Source of the DNA: an uncultured bacterium
GTDB taxonomy: Bacteria; Acidobacteriota; HRBIN11; JAKEFK01
Length of the DNA stretch: 64,000 nucleotides
Direction of reading: 5' to 3'
Assembly: GCA_963777505.1 (NCBI GenBank)
Contig: CAVZQN010000004.1
Span: 1 to 64,000 of the forward strand
Under the pieces are notes generated by a model. The model saw only the letters and a list, made by a program, of their open reading frames with translations. It had not been told where the DNA came from and searched no databases. Of the stretch, positions 40,523 to 50,695 are shown piece after piece. A program made the position numbers and the translations under genes. Position 1 is the stretch's first letter, and each line of letters opens with the position of its first letter.

Positions 40523-41110
40523 ATGACGTTCATCAACTACGCCTCGCGCGAGATCAACTGCAAAATTGTATATTACGGTCCAGGTTTGTGCGGTAAAACC
40601 ACAAATATTCAATACATCTACGACAAAACAAATCCTCAAGCGAAAGGTAAATTAATCTCACTCGCTACAGAAACAGATCGGACTTTGTTTTTTGATTTTT
40701 TACCGCTCGATTTAGGTTCAGTTAAAGGCTTCAAAGTTCGCTTCCATCTTTATACCGTTCCCGGTCAGGTCTTTTATGATGCAAGCCGGAAACTCATTCT
40801 GAAAGGAGTTGATGGTGTCATATTCGTTGCTGATTCTCAAAATGAGCGCATGGAAGCCAATGAAGAAAGTATTTACAACTTAAAAAACAATCTAAAGGAT
40901 CAAGGTTACGAACTAAAATCTATTCCATACATTTTGCAGCTAAATAAGCGAGATCTTCCGAATATTGCGACCGTAGAAGAGATGGTTAAAAAGCTTCAAC
41001 AAAAAGACGAACCTGTATTTGAAGCTGTTGCTTCGAAGGGTACTGGAGTTTTCGAGACGTTGAAAGCGGTTGCGAGACAAGCGTTAAATGATCTTCGCAA
41101 AAGTACGTGA
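40523..41110 (+). CDS. mglA: MglA small Ras-like GTPase
   Basis: KIVYYGPGLCGKTTN, RTLFFDF, LYTVPGQ, NKRD. Confidence 0.96.
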   Translation: MTFINYASREINCKIVYYGPGLCGKTTNIQYIYDKTNPQAKGKLISLATETDRTLFFDFLPLDLGSVKGFKVRFHLYTVPGQVFYDASRKLILKGVDGVIFVADSQNERMEANEESIYNLKNNLKDQGYELKSIPYILQLNKRDLPNIATVEEMVKKLQQKDEPVFEAVASKGTGVFETLKAVARQALNDLRKST

Positions 41111-41115
41111 GTTTT

Positions 41116-41937
41116 TTATAATACTGAGGTCTTGAAAGAAAAAGAATCCATGATGCCTTGAAGCTCTTCGTTGTCAGTCATTACTTCATCCGTCCCGACA
41201 AAGAACACAGTATATCCCCGGCCGTAATAGTATCCATTTAATACGAAAGCACGATAGAGCTTTCCATCTTTATCAATCTCGGCTTCAATCATGAAACCGT
41301 CACGGCCCCCAACATTCCGAAGATAAGAGTCCACAATTTCGCATTTTACGCCCTGTTCTCTCATCCGTGTCTTTACGGAATTTTCAGCCTCAGCAAGTAA
41401 TGTGGATTCCAGGTTTGAACCGATTTTTTCGGGAACACTTTTTGTGCCTTTAACATATACCGCGATTGCCATATCAGGGTTATCACGATCTTCACCGCGA
41501 TAAAATGCATCATGCGGATCTTTAATTCCAAGTGATTCAAGGTTGTTCGCTTTACCGTGATACCATTTAGGCCCAACAGTCGGGAAAAAAATTCCGTAAA
41601 TCAACTCTCCGTTCTTATACGGTCCGGAATATTCTGACGCTCTTTGGTGGAGAAGATGCCAGACGCCGAAGACGATCAAGCCGAGAAACGCAAAAATCCC
41701 AATACCAACAAGGAATCTCTGCCACTTGTCTCTTGTACGGCGCTGCTGATACTCGATGTGATCTTTATTGATTGTATACGAGTATTCTTTATGCGATTGC
41801 GAAGTTGCTACAAATGAGATGGGCTGCGATGAAGATTGTCCGGCACTTAGATACTTAGAAACTACAATGCCACATTTGAAACATTGATCATTTGAAACTT
41901 GATCTGATCCACATTTAGGACAATTTTGTCCGGCCAA
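41116..41937 (-). CDS. Zinc-ribbon + single TM + extracytoplasmic domain protein
   Basis: CPKC...CFKC, TM helix; GGAGGGG RBS before TTG at 41937. Confidence 0.6.
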   Translation of the reverse strand: MAGQNCPKCGSDQVSNDQCFKCGIVVSKYLSAGQSSSQPISFVATSQSHKEYSYTINKDHIEYQQRRTRDKWQRFLVGIGIFAFLGLIVFGVWHLLHQRASEYSGPYKNGELIYGIFFPTVGPKWYHGKANNLESLGIKDPHDAFYRGEDRDNPDMAIAVYVKGTKSVPEKIGSNLESTLLAEAENSVKTRMREQGVKCEIVDSYLRNVGGRDGFMIEAEIDKDGKLYRAFVLNGYYYGRGYTVFFVGTDEVMTDNEELQGIMDSFSFKTSVL

Positions 41938-42038
41938 AATCCCCCTCCTGCCTGTGCTTATTATAAAACTTGCCCAGTAATTTCTACAAGGTATATTCAT
42001 GTGTTACACATTCTTGAACAGCTGTCCTTGGAGGCTAT

Positions 42039-42479
42039 CTGATCAGAGAATTTTCAGCGGGAATCATTCCCTTTCGAAAAAACGGTAAAGATCGCAAATA
42101 TTTGCTTTTACTGTCAGGGTTTGCCAAAAAAGAAATGTGGGAGTTTCCAAAAGGACAAATCGAAAAAGGGGAAGATGCTCAAACGGCGGCACTGCGGGAG
42201 TTTACGGAAGAAACAGGTATTTCTGAATGTAAACTTATTCCTGGTTACAAATGGAATCTGAAGTATTTTTATCGCCGCGAAGGTGAACTCATTAGCAAAT
42301 CTGTGACGTATTTTATCGGTGAAGCCGGGGCAGGAGAGGTACAATTGTCGCGTGAAAGCAAAGATTATACGTGGCTTGATGTGACAAAAGGAGCTCAAAA
42401 AATCAGACACAAAAATATACGCGAAATGCTATTGGATGCCGATAATTTTCTGAACAATCGTTCGAGCGAACTTTTTTAG
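42039..42479 (+). CDS. NUDIX hydrolase (Ap4A hydrolase-like), probable CTG start
   Basis: WEFPKG...AALREFTEETG Nudix box; N-terminal IREFSAG follows GGAGG and CTG. Confidence 0.85.
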   Translation: MIREFSAGIIPFRKNGKDRKYLLLLSGFAKKEMWEFPKGQIEKGEDAQTAALREFTEETGISECKLIPGYKWNLKYFYRREGELISKSVTYFIGEAGAGEVQLSRESKDYTWLDVTKGAQKIRHKNIREMLLDADNFLNNRSSELF

Positions 42480-42514
42480 CAAAATCAAAAAGCAAAATAA
42501 AAAATCAAAGATTA

Positions 42515-43543
42515 ATGCAAGCGATTACTTCGCAACTGTTGAAGTGGTACCGTGAGAACAGAGTTTCATATCCATGGAGGAGAACAAAAGATCCTTACAA
42601 AATTTGGCTCTCTGAAATTCTGTTGCAGCAGACACGCATTTCAGTTGCTCTTCCCTTTTTCAAAAAATTGGTAAAGAAGTATCCATCGATTGAAGATGTA
42701 GCCGGGGATACGCAGGACTCTTTTGTTGCTGAATGGTCCGGAATTGGCTACTACGGCCGTGCCAGAAATATGCATTCATGCGCGCGTGAACTCGTTTCCA
42801 ATCATGATCGAAAATTCCCATCAAATTTTGATCAGCTTTTAGACCTTCCTGGAATTGGACGTTATACGGCCGGAGCGCTCAGAAATCTTTGTTTTGGTGA
42901 ATTGACTCCTGCAATTGACGGTAACATCGCCCGCGTTATATCGCGTCTCATAAAGAATCTTCATGCACCACATAGCAGGAAATTTCGTGATGCAATCGAA
43001 AAAGCATTCATGGAAATAGGCAAAGATGCTCCTCCGCAAGAATATTTTCAGTCATTGATGGAACTCGGGGAGCAAATCTGTCTGCCGCGGCCGATGTGCT
43101 GGCTTTGTCCGGTTCGAAAATTTTGCCGCGCACATGCTTCAGGCATGGAGGAAAGACTTCCGCGCGCACGCGTAAGAAAAGCCGCTGTGCCTTATTTTTG
43201 GTATTTTTTGATCCTTCAGAAATCCAATTCACTTTATCTGATGCAGAATCCAGGCAGGCCATTTTTGCGTGACGCATGGATGTTTCCAGATCTCTTATCA
43301 GAAATAGAACTGAATGATGATCAGTTAAAGTCGGAATATAAAAAGCTTTGGAATATTGAATTTCGCAACCTTGAGTATTTAGGTTCAAAATCCCATTCGG
43401 TTACATATCGCAGAATCAAAGCGGTTGCTTTGCGTGCAAACGATTATAGTCTTCCTCAGACTACAGGAAGATGGATCGCTCCAAAAAACTTGCATCAATT
43501 GCACACGTCTTCAGTGATAAGAAAAATTATGGAATTTATGTAG
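42515..43543 (+). CDS. mutY: A/G-specific adenine glycosylase
   Basis: PWR, SEILLQQT, LPGIGRYTA, C-X6-C-X2-C-X5-C. Confidence 0.93.
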   Translation: MQAITSQLLKWYRENRVSYPWRRTKDPYKIWLSEILLQQTRISVALPFFKKLVKKYPSIEDVAGDTQDSFVAEWSGIGYYGRARNMHSCARELVSNHDRKFPSNFDQLLDLPGIGRYTAGALRNLCFGELTPAIDGNIARVISRLIKNLHAPHSRKFRDAIEKAFMEIGKDAPPQEYFQSLMELGEQICLPRPMCWLCPVRKFCRAHASGMEERLPRARVRKAAVPYFWYFLILQKSNSLYLMQNPGRPFLRDAWMFPDLLSEIELNDDQLKSEYKKLWNIEFRNLEYLGSKSHSVTYRRIKAVALRANDYSLPQTTGRWIAPKNLHQLHTSSVIRKIMEFM

Positions 43544-43595
43544 GAGTTCAAGCAAGAATTTACTAAAAAACTCCGTGTGCTCCGTGACTCCGTGG

Positions 43596-44346
43596 TTACT
43601 GCCGAATGGCGCGCAGTTGATACATGCCCGCAAGAGCACACAGAAAGTACGCAGAGAAAAAGAGGATATCAATAGTTGGGATCTGGGTTGTAAGCAAAAA
43701 TCGTGTCTGCAATTGCAATCAAAATGAACCCAAGGGCAAGGGCAACATAGGTTTTTGCCAGACTCCCTCCACGCAAGGCCCATGAAATTCGGATCAGAAC
43801 CGTTGTAAGCGCGAAAAGCAAGAAGTCGCAAGTTGGATAACCTACGTTTAAGAATTTAGTTTCAGGCGGATCTTGATTTATTGCGAGTGGCCACAACCAT
43901 TTAAAAAAGAGAATTGCGTAAAAGATAATCAGAATTGCGATTTGTATTAGATAGCTTTTGCGTCCGCCCATTGGCAAGCCCGTACTTCGAAAATCTGAAA
44001 TCAGCTGAATGAGTCCCGCAAAAAGTGGTAAGTAAGCTGCCACAAAAAATATATCCGCAATGCTTGGATACAGGCTCACCCCTTGAACCATTTTGTATTG
44101 AGCAAAGATTGATTGTGCGAAAAACCAAACCCACATTCCACCCGCAAGAAATGTCCAGGCCCGTTTGGCTCGTTCTCCAGGAGTGTATGCGTTCGTTGTA
44201 AATGTGAGGCTTAGCCCGGCAATTAGAAGGGAAAAAATTTTGCCGATATTTCCAAAAACGACGATACTCTGCGGCTCAGCGCCATTACGGTAAATAACGG
44301 GACATGCAATGATGAGAAAGAACCATACGATGTGTACCCACGTCAT
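43596..44346 (-). CDS. Polytopic membrane protein resembling stand-alone sensor domains (frameshift near 43675)
   Basis: AW...G, YPSIAD.F, YP..D motifs; alternative frame continues TIDILFFSAYFLCALAGMYQLRAIRQ to stop. Confidence 0.6.
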
Positions 44347-44573
44347 ATTTCAGAGATATCCTTTACAGCTTTGACAGCTCTTTCAACTCCACAAAGCGTC
44401 TTTAACATTCCTTCCATGCTTTGAGCCAGAGCCGGCAAATCCTGACGTATAAGATTGTCAGGTCGTTTTCCAATTTTTTCAGAAAAGGTCTTTACAGCAA
44501 TTCGAGCAGTGTTTTGGCCCAGCAGTGGAGCAAGATAACTCTGGACTTTCTCGGCGAGGTCCATATTGAACAC
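44343..44573 (-). CDS. Small helical hypothetical protein
   Basis: 76-aa ORF overlapping the downstream start by 4 nt; LAPLLG..TARIAV. Confidence 0.6.
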   Translation of the reverse strand: MFNMDLAEKVQSYLAPLLGQNTARIAVKTFSEKIGKRPDNLIRQDLPALAQSMEGMLKTLCGVERAVKAVKDISEI

Positions 44574-44625
44574 CTATTATACGGTAAACATTAAAAGGGA
44601 GGAACAAGTAAAGCTTGCGTTACGA

Positions 44626-44817
44626 AACAGTAGCCCCCAGCGCAAGCTGGGGGGTATGAATGATTGATAGACAATCTAGCCCGCCGCTTGAGGCGGGCGC
44701 AAGACCATTTAGTATTAAACGCCAATTGAATAACTGTCTTACGCACGCCGCAAAGGCGGCGTGCTGTATATCACTATGATTATTCTTAACCCCCAGCTTA
44801 CGCTGGGGGCTACTGTT
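44626..44817. repeat. REPIN/MITE-like element made of two inverted GTAG REPs
   Basis: AACAGTAGCCCCCAGCGCAAGCTGGGGG ... CCCCCAGCTTACGCTGGGGGCTACTGTT; internal hairpins GCCCGCC/GGCGGGC and CACGCCGC/GCGGCGTG. Confidence 0.85.
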
Positions 44818-44874
44818 CATATCTATTTTCAAAGCAGGCCAAAAACTTTTTCGAAGTCTCTTTATTATTCAGTA

Positions 44875-45504
44875 TCACAAGTTTTCCGACATCAGATCAT
44901 AAATGGTAAATCCCAACCGGCCGAGTGTTCGTTGAAATGCATCGATCGGGAAGCCTAGCACATTGAAATAACAGCCATTGATCTTGCGAACATACAATCT
45001 ACCGAATCCTTGTATGGCATACGCACCAGCTTTGTCCAGTGGTTCACCTGTTGATAGGTACCAATCAATTTCTTCTGGCGCTAATTTACGAAAGTAAACT
45101 TCAGTGGATTCACTTCCCGAAACAATTCGACCTTTATGTGAAATCGCGACTCCTGTAACTACGTAATGTTTCTTTCCACTTAATTTTTTCAGCATCTCCC
45201 GCGCTTCTTTTGGATCGCGGGGTTTACCCATAATGTGTTTTCCGAGCACTACTAAAGAATCCATTCCAATCAACAATGCATCCTTCCGTTTACAAGCTCT
45301 TATTTTTCTGATCGCCAAATCCACAACAGATTCAGTAGCATCGGATGGATTGATCAAAACCTCGTCAATTCGAGAATGAAACTCTTCAAACTTTATGCTA
45401 AGTTCCTTCAGCATTGATTTACGGCGTGGACTCTCGCTGGCAAGGATGACCTTAGGGCGATTTTCCTTGTTATTCTTGACCAAATTAGTCCATTTTTTCT
45501 CCAT
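44875..45504 (-). CDS. maf: Maf family nucleotide pyrophosphatase
   Basis: ILASESPRR, GKP, EPLDKAGAYAIQG. Confidence 0.93.
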   Translation of the reverse strand: MEKKWTNLVKNNKENRPKVILASESPRRKSMLKELSIKFEEFHSRIDEVLINPSDATESVVDLAIRKIRACKRKDALLIGMDSLVVLGKHIMGKPRDPKEAREMLKKLSGKKHYVVTGVAISHKGRIVSGSESTEVYFRKLAPEEIDWYLSTGEPLDKAGAYAIQGFGRLYVRKINGCYFNVLGFPIDAFQRTLGRLGFTIYDLMSENL

Positions 45505-45560
45505 TTTTAGGCGTTGCCTCCAGCGTTCCTAAGTATTCTTTTTCATTCTTTGAAAAGCTC

Positions 45561-45589
45561 TTGACTTCTATTTTTAAGCAGAATATGCT
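45561..45589 (+). promoter_or_regulatory. Sigma70-type promoter for the cold-shock gene
   Basis: TTGACT-N17-TATGCT, about 100 nt 5' UTR. Confidence 0.6.
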
Positions 45590-45697
45590 CTGTCACTATA
45601 AATACAGGACTCCATGTTTTCCAGGTTTTTTTTGTTTTTAGTTTAATGACTGCCAGGGCTATTGCTCTGGTTTTTTTTTTGTAAGGAAGGTGAGAGG

Positions 45698-45922
45698 ATG
45701 ATGCGTTTAAGCGGTAAGGTCAAATGGTTTGATAACAAGCTCGGATATGGCTTCATCAAACAAGATACAGGTGAAGAGATTTTTGTCCATTATTCGAAGA
45801 TTCGTGGCGAGGGCTACAAATCCTTAAAGGAAGGACAGAAGGTCGAGTTTGAAGTCATTCAAAGTGCAGAGGGAAGGACTCAGGCAGGTGACGTCGAAAT
45901 TATTCCGGCGGCAGCTCTCTGA
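45698..45922 (+). CDS. Cold-shock domain protein
   Basis: GKVKWF, GYGFI (RNP1), IFVHYS (RNP2). Confidence 0.95.
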   Translation: MMRLSGKVKWFDNKLGYGFIKQDTGEEIFVHYSKIRGEGYKSLKEGQKVEFEVIQSAEGRTQAGDVEIIPAAAL

Positions 45923-45962
45923 AAAGTTTGTTTCTATTGACAAGCTAAAACTTGCAATTTAT

Positions 45963-46000
45963 TCCGCCAGGTTCTTCAGGGGGCCTGGCGGATTTTATTT
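45963..46000 (+). terminator. Intrinsic terminator between convergent genes
   Basis: TCCGCCAGG...CCTGGCGGA stem followed by TTTTATTT. Confidence 0.6.
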
Positions 46001-46531
46001 CATTGGCTTCGCTTTCAGTTTCGTTTTCCCTTCTTCTACCGCTATATAAAATTCCACATCTTTGCAGTGATACTTCTTTATCAAAGAATCTCTTTGCGTA
46101 TCAATCATCTGCTTGAATTTTTCGCTATTTATGTTCGGAGGAGGTTCTCCATTTTTTTCACGAAACTGAGCATATTGATCAAAGAGTGAGCTTGCTTTAT
46201 CCTGCGTTTTTCTGTGTTTTTTCGTGATTGGGGCTTCTCTGGATGGAGGGATAGGACTGTTTCCGGCTGCGAATTTACCCTCTTCCTTTGCTTTTAGTTG
46301 CTTGGTCCACAGATCCTGATATGTATTGAATCTGGCAGCGAGATTGCTAAATCGGAACCTTTGAGCAAAGCTAAAGTTTGTATTCAGGCTGTATTTGCGG
46401 ATGATTTTTTCTAATTTTGCGCGGGAATCATTGGGCGGCTGTCTTGTAACTCCCGCAAAATACATTTCAAAATCCCTCTTAAGTTGCGAGATTGCTTTTT
46501 CTACATCTTCTAATTCACGATCAAGCGTCAA
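45995..46531 (-). CDS. MXAN_5187 C-terminal domain-like protein
   Basis: LK..FE.YF.G....PP, RFRF..L..RF..Y...W, VEF.....GK.KLKA pattern. Confidence 0.65.
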   Translation of the reverse strand: MTLDRELEDVEKAISQLKRDFEMYFAGVTRQPPNDSRAKLEKIIRKYSLNTNFSFAQRFRFSNLAARFNTYQDLWTKQLKAKEEGKFAAGNSPIPPSREAPITKKHRKTQDKASSLFDQYAQFREKNGEPPPNINSEKFKQMIDTQRDSLIKKYHCKDVEFYIAVEEGKTKLKAKPMK

Positions 46532-46577
46532 GCGTCTTTCCTTCCACCCAATGTCGCTTTGGAACCATCAGAAAAAA

Positions 46578-46946
46578 TCATAAATAAAACCATAATAAAG
46601 GCAGCCATAATGTGGCAGCGTGAGGCAGTCTCATCCCGTCTATATAAATTTCAAGATGCGGAGATTTTTCAAGCATTTGATACAGTTGATGAATCTCCCA
46701 CGCTTGTTCAGGCTTAAATTCGACATAATGCTTTACCAATCTGCCAACTTTTTCCTTCTTATATGTATTGAATGCGGAAACGAATCCGACTGCTTGTCTC
46801 CAATCCTCTTCTCTATCCTTTGGAACACCAAATTGTATCGCGACGATCGGATCCTCTGTTTTAAGATAAGGATATAGAATGTCCTGGATCGTGTTTTCGA
46901 GTTCTGCATCCTCGGGAAAATCTCTTGGAGTCTTTTTTAATGACAC
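46578..46946 (-). CDS. Hypothetical protein
   Basis: 122-aa ORF with GAGG RBS and GTG start. Confidence 0.6.
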   Translation of the reverse strand: MSLKKTPRDFPEDAELENTIQDILYPYLKTEDPIVAIQFGVPKDREEDWRQAVGFVSAFNTYKKEKVGRLVKHYVEFKPEQAWEIHQLYQMLEKSPHLEIYIDGMRLPHAATLWLPLLWFYL

Positions 46947-47018
46947 TCAGCCTCGTTGTTCTGACTATTAAGCCAATATACCATAAAATATTCTGGAGCC
47001 ATTTGCTGACGTATAACA

Positions 47019-48413
47019 ATGCCAAAACTTAGAGATATTCCGCCGGTTTCACAAGTAATTGATCAAGTAATTTCAAAACCCTGGTCAAAAAGCTATTCAC
47101 GAAATCTTATCCTGGGGGCAGTCCGCGCTGAGCTGGCGCTTATCAGGAAGCAACGGCAAAATGAATCGGAGTTCGGACAAGAAGGAAGCCTTTTAGAAGC
47201 CATTCGAACGAGGCTGGAAAATATTTCCTCCTATTCATTGCAACGAGTTATTAATGCGAGTGGAATTATTGTTCATACAAATCTTGGACGTGCTCCACTT
47301 TCAAAGGAAGCAATCGATCATTTGACTGAAGTTGCTTCTAGTTACAGCAATCTGGAATTTGATTTGAATGAAGGCCGGCGAGGCTCAAGAGAAAAGCATC
47401 TTGAAAAAATTCTGGGATCTATTGTGCCTGCAGAAGCCTCACTTGTTGTAAATAATAATGCTGCAGCCCTGTTGCTTATCTTAAATACATTCGCGGATCA
47501 AAAAGAAGTCATCGTATCGCGCGGAGAGTTAATCGAAATTGGTGGCTCATTCCGGCTTCCGGAGATTATGAAAAAGAGTGGTGCGATCCTGCGTGAAGTT
47601 GGGACAACAAATAAAACTCGTCTGGAAGATTATCGCAACGCAATCAATGAAAAAACTGGAATGATTTTGTCGGTGCACCCGAGCAATTTTCAAATTATCG
47701 GTTTTACGGAAAAGCCTCAATTTTCGGAACTTGCAGCTCTTGCGAAAGAATTTAATATTCCGTTTATTGAAGACCACGGCAGCGGCATTTTGGTTGATTT
47801 AGATCGCGCAGGAATTCAGCAGGAGCCTTCTGTAACACAGAAATTGGATGAAGGTGCGAGTCTGGTCTGTTTTAGCGGCGATAAAATTTTAGGCGGGCCG
47901 CAATGTGGAATCGTAGTAGGAACAAAAACACTTGTTGAAAGAATGCGCGAAAACCCGCTATTCCGCGCACTGCGTGTTGATAAGATGGTTTATGCTGCAC
48001 TGGAAGCAACGGCAGTTTTATACTTAAACGATCAAGTAGATCGCATTCCTGTAATCCGTATGTTATTTACGGAGGCGTCAGAATTAAAACGCCGCGCAGA
48101 AGGTTGGTGCGAAACACTGAAGCAGAAATTTTCGGAATCGAACTTTCAAGTTGAATCTACAATTTGCTATGTTGGAGGCGGTGTTGCGCCGATGAAAGGG
48201 ATTCCTTCTTTTGCTGTTTCGGTAATTATTCCTGGTTTAAAGCCGGCAGAACTAGGCAAAAAACTTCGACTGGCAAAGACTCCTATAATAGCGAGAATCG
48301 ATGCAGATCGTTTGTTTCTTGAATTACGAACTTTAACTGAACAAGAACAAGAAGAAATAACAAACACAATAGAAGAAATTAGTAGGGGCGGGTCTAAGAC
48401 CCGCCCGCAATAA
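47019..48413 (+). CDS. selA: L-seryl-tRNA(Sec) selenium transferase
   Basis: HTNLGRAPL, VNNNAAA, EIGGSFRLP, FSGDK, RALRVDK. Confidence 0.95.
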   Translation: MPKLRDIPPVSQVIDQVISKPWSKSYSRNLILGAVRAELALIRKQRQNESEFGQEGSLLEAIRTRLENISSYSLQRVINASGIIVHTNLGRAPLSKEAIDHLTEVASSYSNLEFDLNEGRRGSREKHLEKILGSIVPAEASLVVNNNAAALLLILNTFADQKEVIVSRGELIEIGGSFRLPEIMKKSGAILREVGTTNKTRLEDYRNAINEKTGMILSVHPSNFQIIGFTEKPQFSELAALAKEFNIPFIEDHGSGILVDLDRAGIQQEPSVTQKLDEGASLVCFSGDKILGGPQCGIVVGTKTLVERMRENPLFRALRVDKMVYAALEATAVLYLNDQVDRIPVIRMLFTEASELKRRAEGWCETLKQKFSESNFQVESTICYVGGGVAPMKGIPSFAVSVIIPGLKPAELGKKLRLAKTPIIARIDADRLFLELRTLTEQEQEEITNTIEEISRGGSKTRPQ

Positions 48414-48453
48414 TATTGAACATAAAACGGGCGGGTCTTAGACCCGCCCCTAC
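48382..48453. repeat. REPIN: two inverted GTAG REPs overlapping the selA stop
   Basis: GTAGGGGCGGGTCTAAGACCCGCCC ... GGGCGGGTCTTAGACCCGCCCCTAC. Confidence 0.88.
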
Positions 48454-48466
48454 CAAGTAGGGGAAC

Positions 48467-50653
48467 ATGATTACATCGGAAGTTATTCAAGCGCATGGTT
48501 TAACCAAAGAAGAATACGATCGCATTTGTGCGACGCTAAATCGTGAGCCAAACCTAACAGAACTCGGAATGTTTTCTGTAATGTGGAGCGAGCATTGCAG
48601 TTACAAGAGCTCACGGGCTCATTTAAAACGTCTTCCAACGAAAGGGAAGATTGTGCTTCAAGGACCGGGTGAAAATGCTGGCGTGATTGATCTGGGTGAA
48701 GGTCTTGCGGCGATTTTCAAAATTGAATCTCACAATCATCCATCCTTTATTGAACCATTCCAGGGTGCGGCTACAGGTGTAGGTGGCATCATTCGCGACA
48801 TTTTTACGATGGGTGCACGGCCGATTGCGCTTATGAATTCACTGCGGTTTGGTCCGCTACATATTAAGAAAAATCAATCTCTTCTTCGCGGTGTTGTTTC
48901 AGGGATCGGATTTTATGGAAATTGTATCGGCATTCCGACAGTTGGCGGCGAAGTTGTTTTTGAAGATTGCTACAACCTGAATCCGCTTGTAAATGTATTT
49001 TGTCTTGGTGTGGCTCAACAGGACAAAATTTATTTTGGACGCGGAAGTGAATCAGGCAATTCGGTGTTTTATGTTGGTGCAAAAACAGGGAGGGATGGAA
49101 TTCATGGCGCAACCATGGCAAGCGCTGAGTTTGCTGAAGATTCGGAAGCGAAACGTCCCAATGTTCAAGTTGGCGATCCATTCATGGAAAAGCTTTTATT
49201 GGAAGCTTGTCTTGAGTTAATGCAGCAAAACATACTCGAAGGTGTTCAGGATATGGGCGCTGCTGGCTTAACTTGTGCAACGACCGAGATGGCCAGCCGC
49301 GGCGGGAGTGGAATGCAAATTGTTCTTGATCATGTTCCTCAAAGAGAACGGGGAATGACTGCATATGAAATTCTATTATCCGAATCGCAAGAACGTATGC
49401 TCCTGGTTGTGAAAAAAGGCCATGAAGCTGAAGCCGAAAAAGTTTTTGATCGATGGGATCTTCATGCAGAAAATATTGGAGAAATATCTAAAGATGGATG
49501 GGTTCGAATTCAATATGAGAACAAAAATGTTGCCAATGTACCGGCACGCGCTCTAGCAGATGAAGCGCCTATCTACAGCCGCCCAATCAGGCAGCCGAAA
49601 TCGAAATATCCAGAATTTCGTGGTGACATCCCTTCGGATTTTAATGCAGTAGCACGCCGAATTTTAGCTTTACCAACGGTGGCTTCGAAGAATTGGGTTT
49701 ATCGCCAGTATGATCATATGGTTCGTACTAATACATTAACAATGCCAGGAACTGCGACGCCAGCGGTTCGCATCAAGGATTCGTCTGTGAACCTTGCGAT
49801 GAGCGTTGATGGAAATGCGAGATTTTCTGAGCTTGATCCATTTCAAGGTGCACAAATTGCAGTTGCTGAATCCGCACGAAATGTTGTCTGTTTTGGGGCA
49901 AAACCTGTAGCCGTTACCAACTGCTTGAACTTTGGTAATCCTGAAAAGCCTGAAATTATGTGGCAATTCTCCCAAGCTGTAGATGGTATTGCTTTAGCAT
50001 GTAATGCTTTTGAAACTCCTGTAACGGGTGGCAATGTAAGTCTATATAACGAGACTGAAGGGGTTTCGATTTACCCGACTCCTGTCATTGGGATGGTTGG
50101 AATCAACAAAACGCCGCACGTCATTACGCCGAATTTTAAAGCTGAAAATGATGTTGTGATTTTGATCGGCGCACCGACCGATGAACTTGGAGGAAGCCGC
50201 TACTCAACATTGGATTCTCCTCTATCCGGTCCCTGTCCCCAAATTGATTTACACCTTGAAAAGCAAGCACATTCCGCATTGCTTCAGGCGGCAGAAGAGC
50301 GCCTGATTCAAAGTCTCCATGACTGCTCTGACGGTGGTCTAATCGCAACACTTGCAGAATCTTGTTTCGGTGCTTATCCTCAGATGTACGGGTGTTCATT
50401 GCATTGGGAAGGTAATGTCAGACCCGATGCATTCCTCTTCGGTGAATCACAAACACGTTACATACTTTCGGTTCGTGCAGATGCTGAATCTCGATTACGT
50501 CAGATCCTTGAACACCATAAGGTTCCTTTTTCAAAATTGGGAAAAGTCGGTGGACGAGAACTGTCTCTGGAAGTAGACGGCAAAAGGCTTATCCAGCTGC
50601 CGGTCGAAGAGTTGTATCATATCTGGTATAATTCTATTTCTAGACTACTGTAG
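48467..50653 (+). CDS. purL: Phosphoribosylformylglycinamidine synthase subunit PurL
   Basis: [30 protein letters not shown]. Confidence 0.97.
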   Translation: MITSEVIQAHGLTKEEYDRICATLNREPNLTELGMFSVMWSEHCSYKSSRAHLKRLPTKGKIVLQGPGENAGVIDLGEGLAAIFKIESHNHPSFIEPFQGAATGVGGIIRDIFTMGARPIALMNSLRFGPLHIKKNQSLLRGVVSGIGFYGNCIGIPTVGGEVVFEDCYNLNPLVNVFCLGVAQQDKIYFGRGSESGNSVFYVGAKTGRDGIHGATMASAEFAEDSEAKRPNVQVGDPFMEKLLLEACLELMQQNILEGVQDMGAAGLTCATTEMASRGGSGMQIVLDHVPQRERGMTAYEILLSESQERMLLVVKKGHEAEAEKVFDRWDLHAENIGEISKDGWVRIQYENKNVANVPARALADEAPIYSRPIRQPKSKYPEFRGDIPSDFNAVARRILALPTVASKNWVYRQYDHMVRTNTLTMPGTATPAVRIKDSSVNLAMSVDGNARFSELDPFQGAQIAVAESARNVVCFGAKPVAVTNCLNFGNPEKPEIMWQFSQAVDGIALACNAFETPVTGGNVSLYNETEGVSIYPTPVIGMVGINKTPHVITPNFKAENDVVILIGAPTDELGGSRYSTLDSPLSGPCPQIDLHLEKQAHSALLQAAEERLIQSLHDCSDGGLIATLAESCFGAYPQMYGCSLHWEGNVRPDAFLFGESQTRYILSVRADAESRLRQILEHHKVPFSKLGKVGGRELSLEVDGKRLIQLPVEELYHIWYNSISRLL

Positions 50654-50695
50654 ACTGCGGTAATTCCCGGAATACAGTTCACCGCATCGGGGACA

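Noticed and set aside
43669-43671. Selenocysteine read-through of TGA, given selA nearby
   Set aside because: A one-base frameshift restores a sensible final TM helix; no redox motif or obvious SECIS
44620-44958. Short ORFs 44620-44832 (-) and 44761-44958 (+)
   Set aside because: Translations of the REPIN arms (both contain PQL.LGATV); no coding evidence
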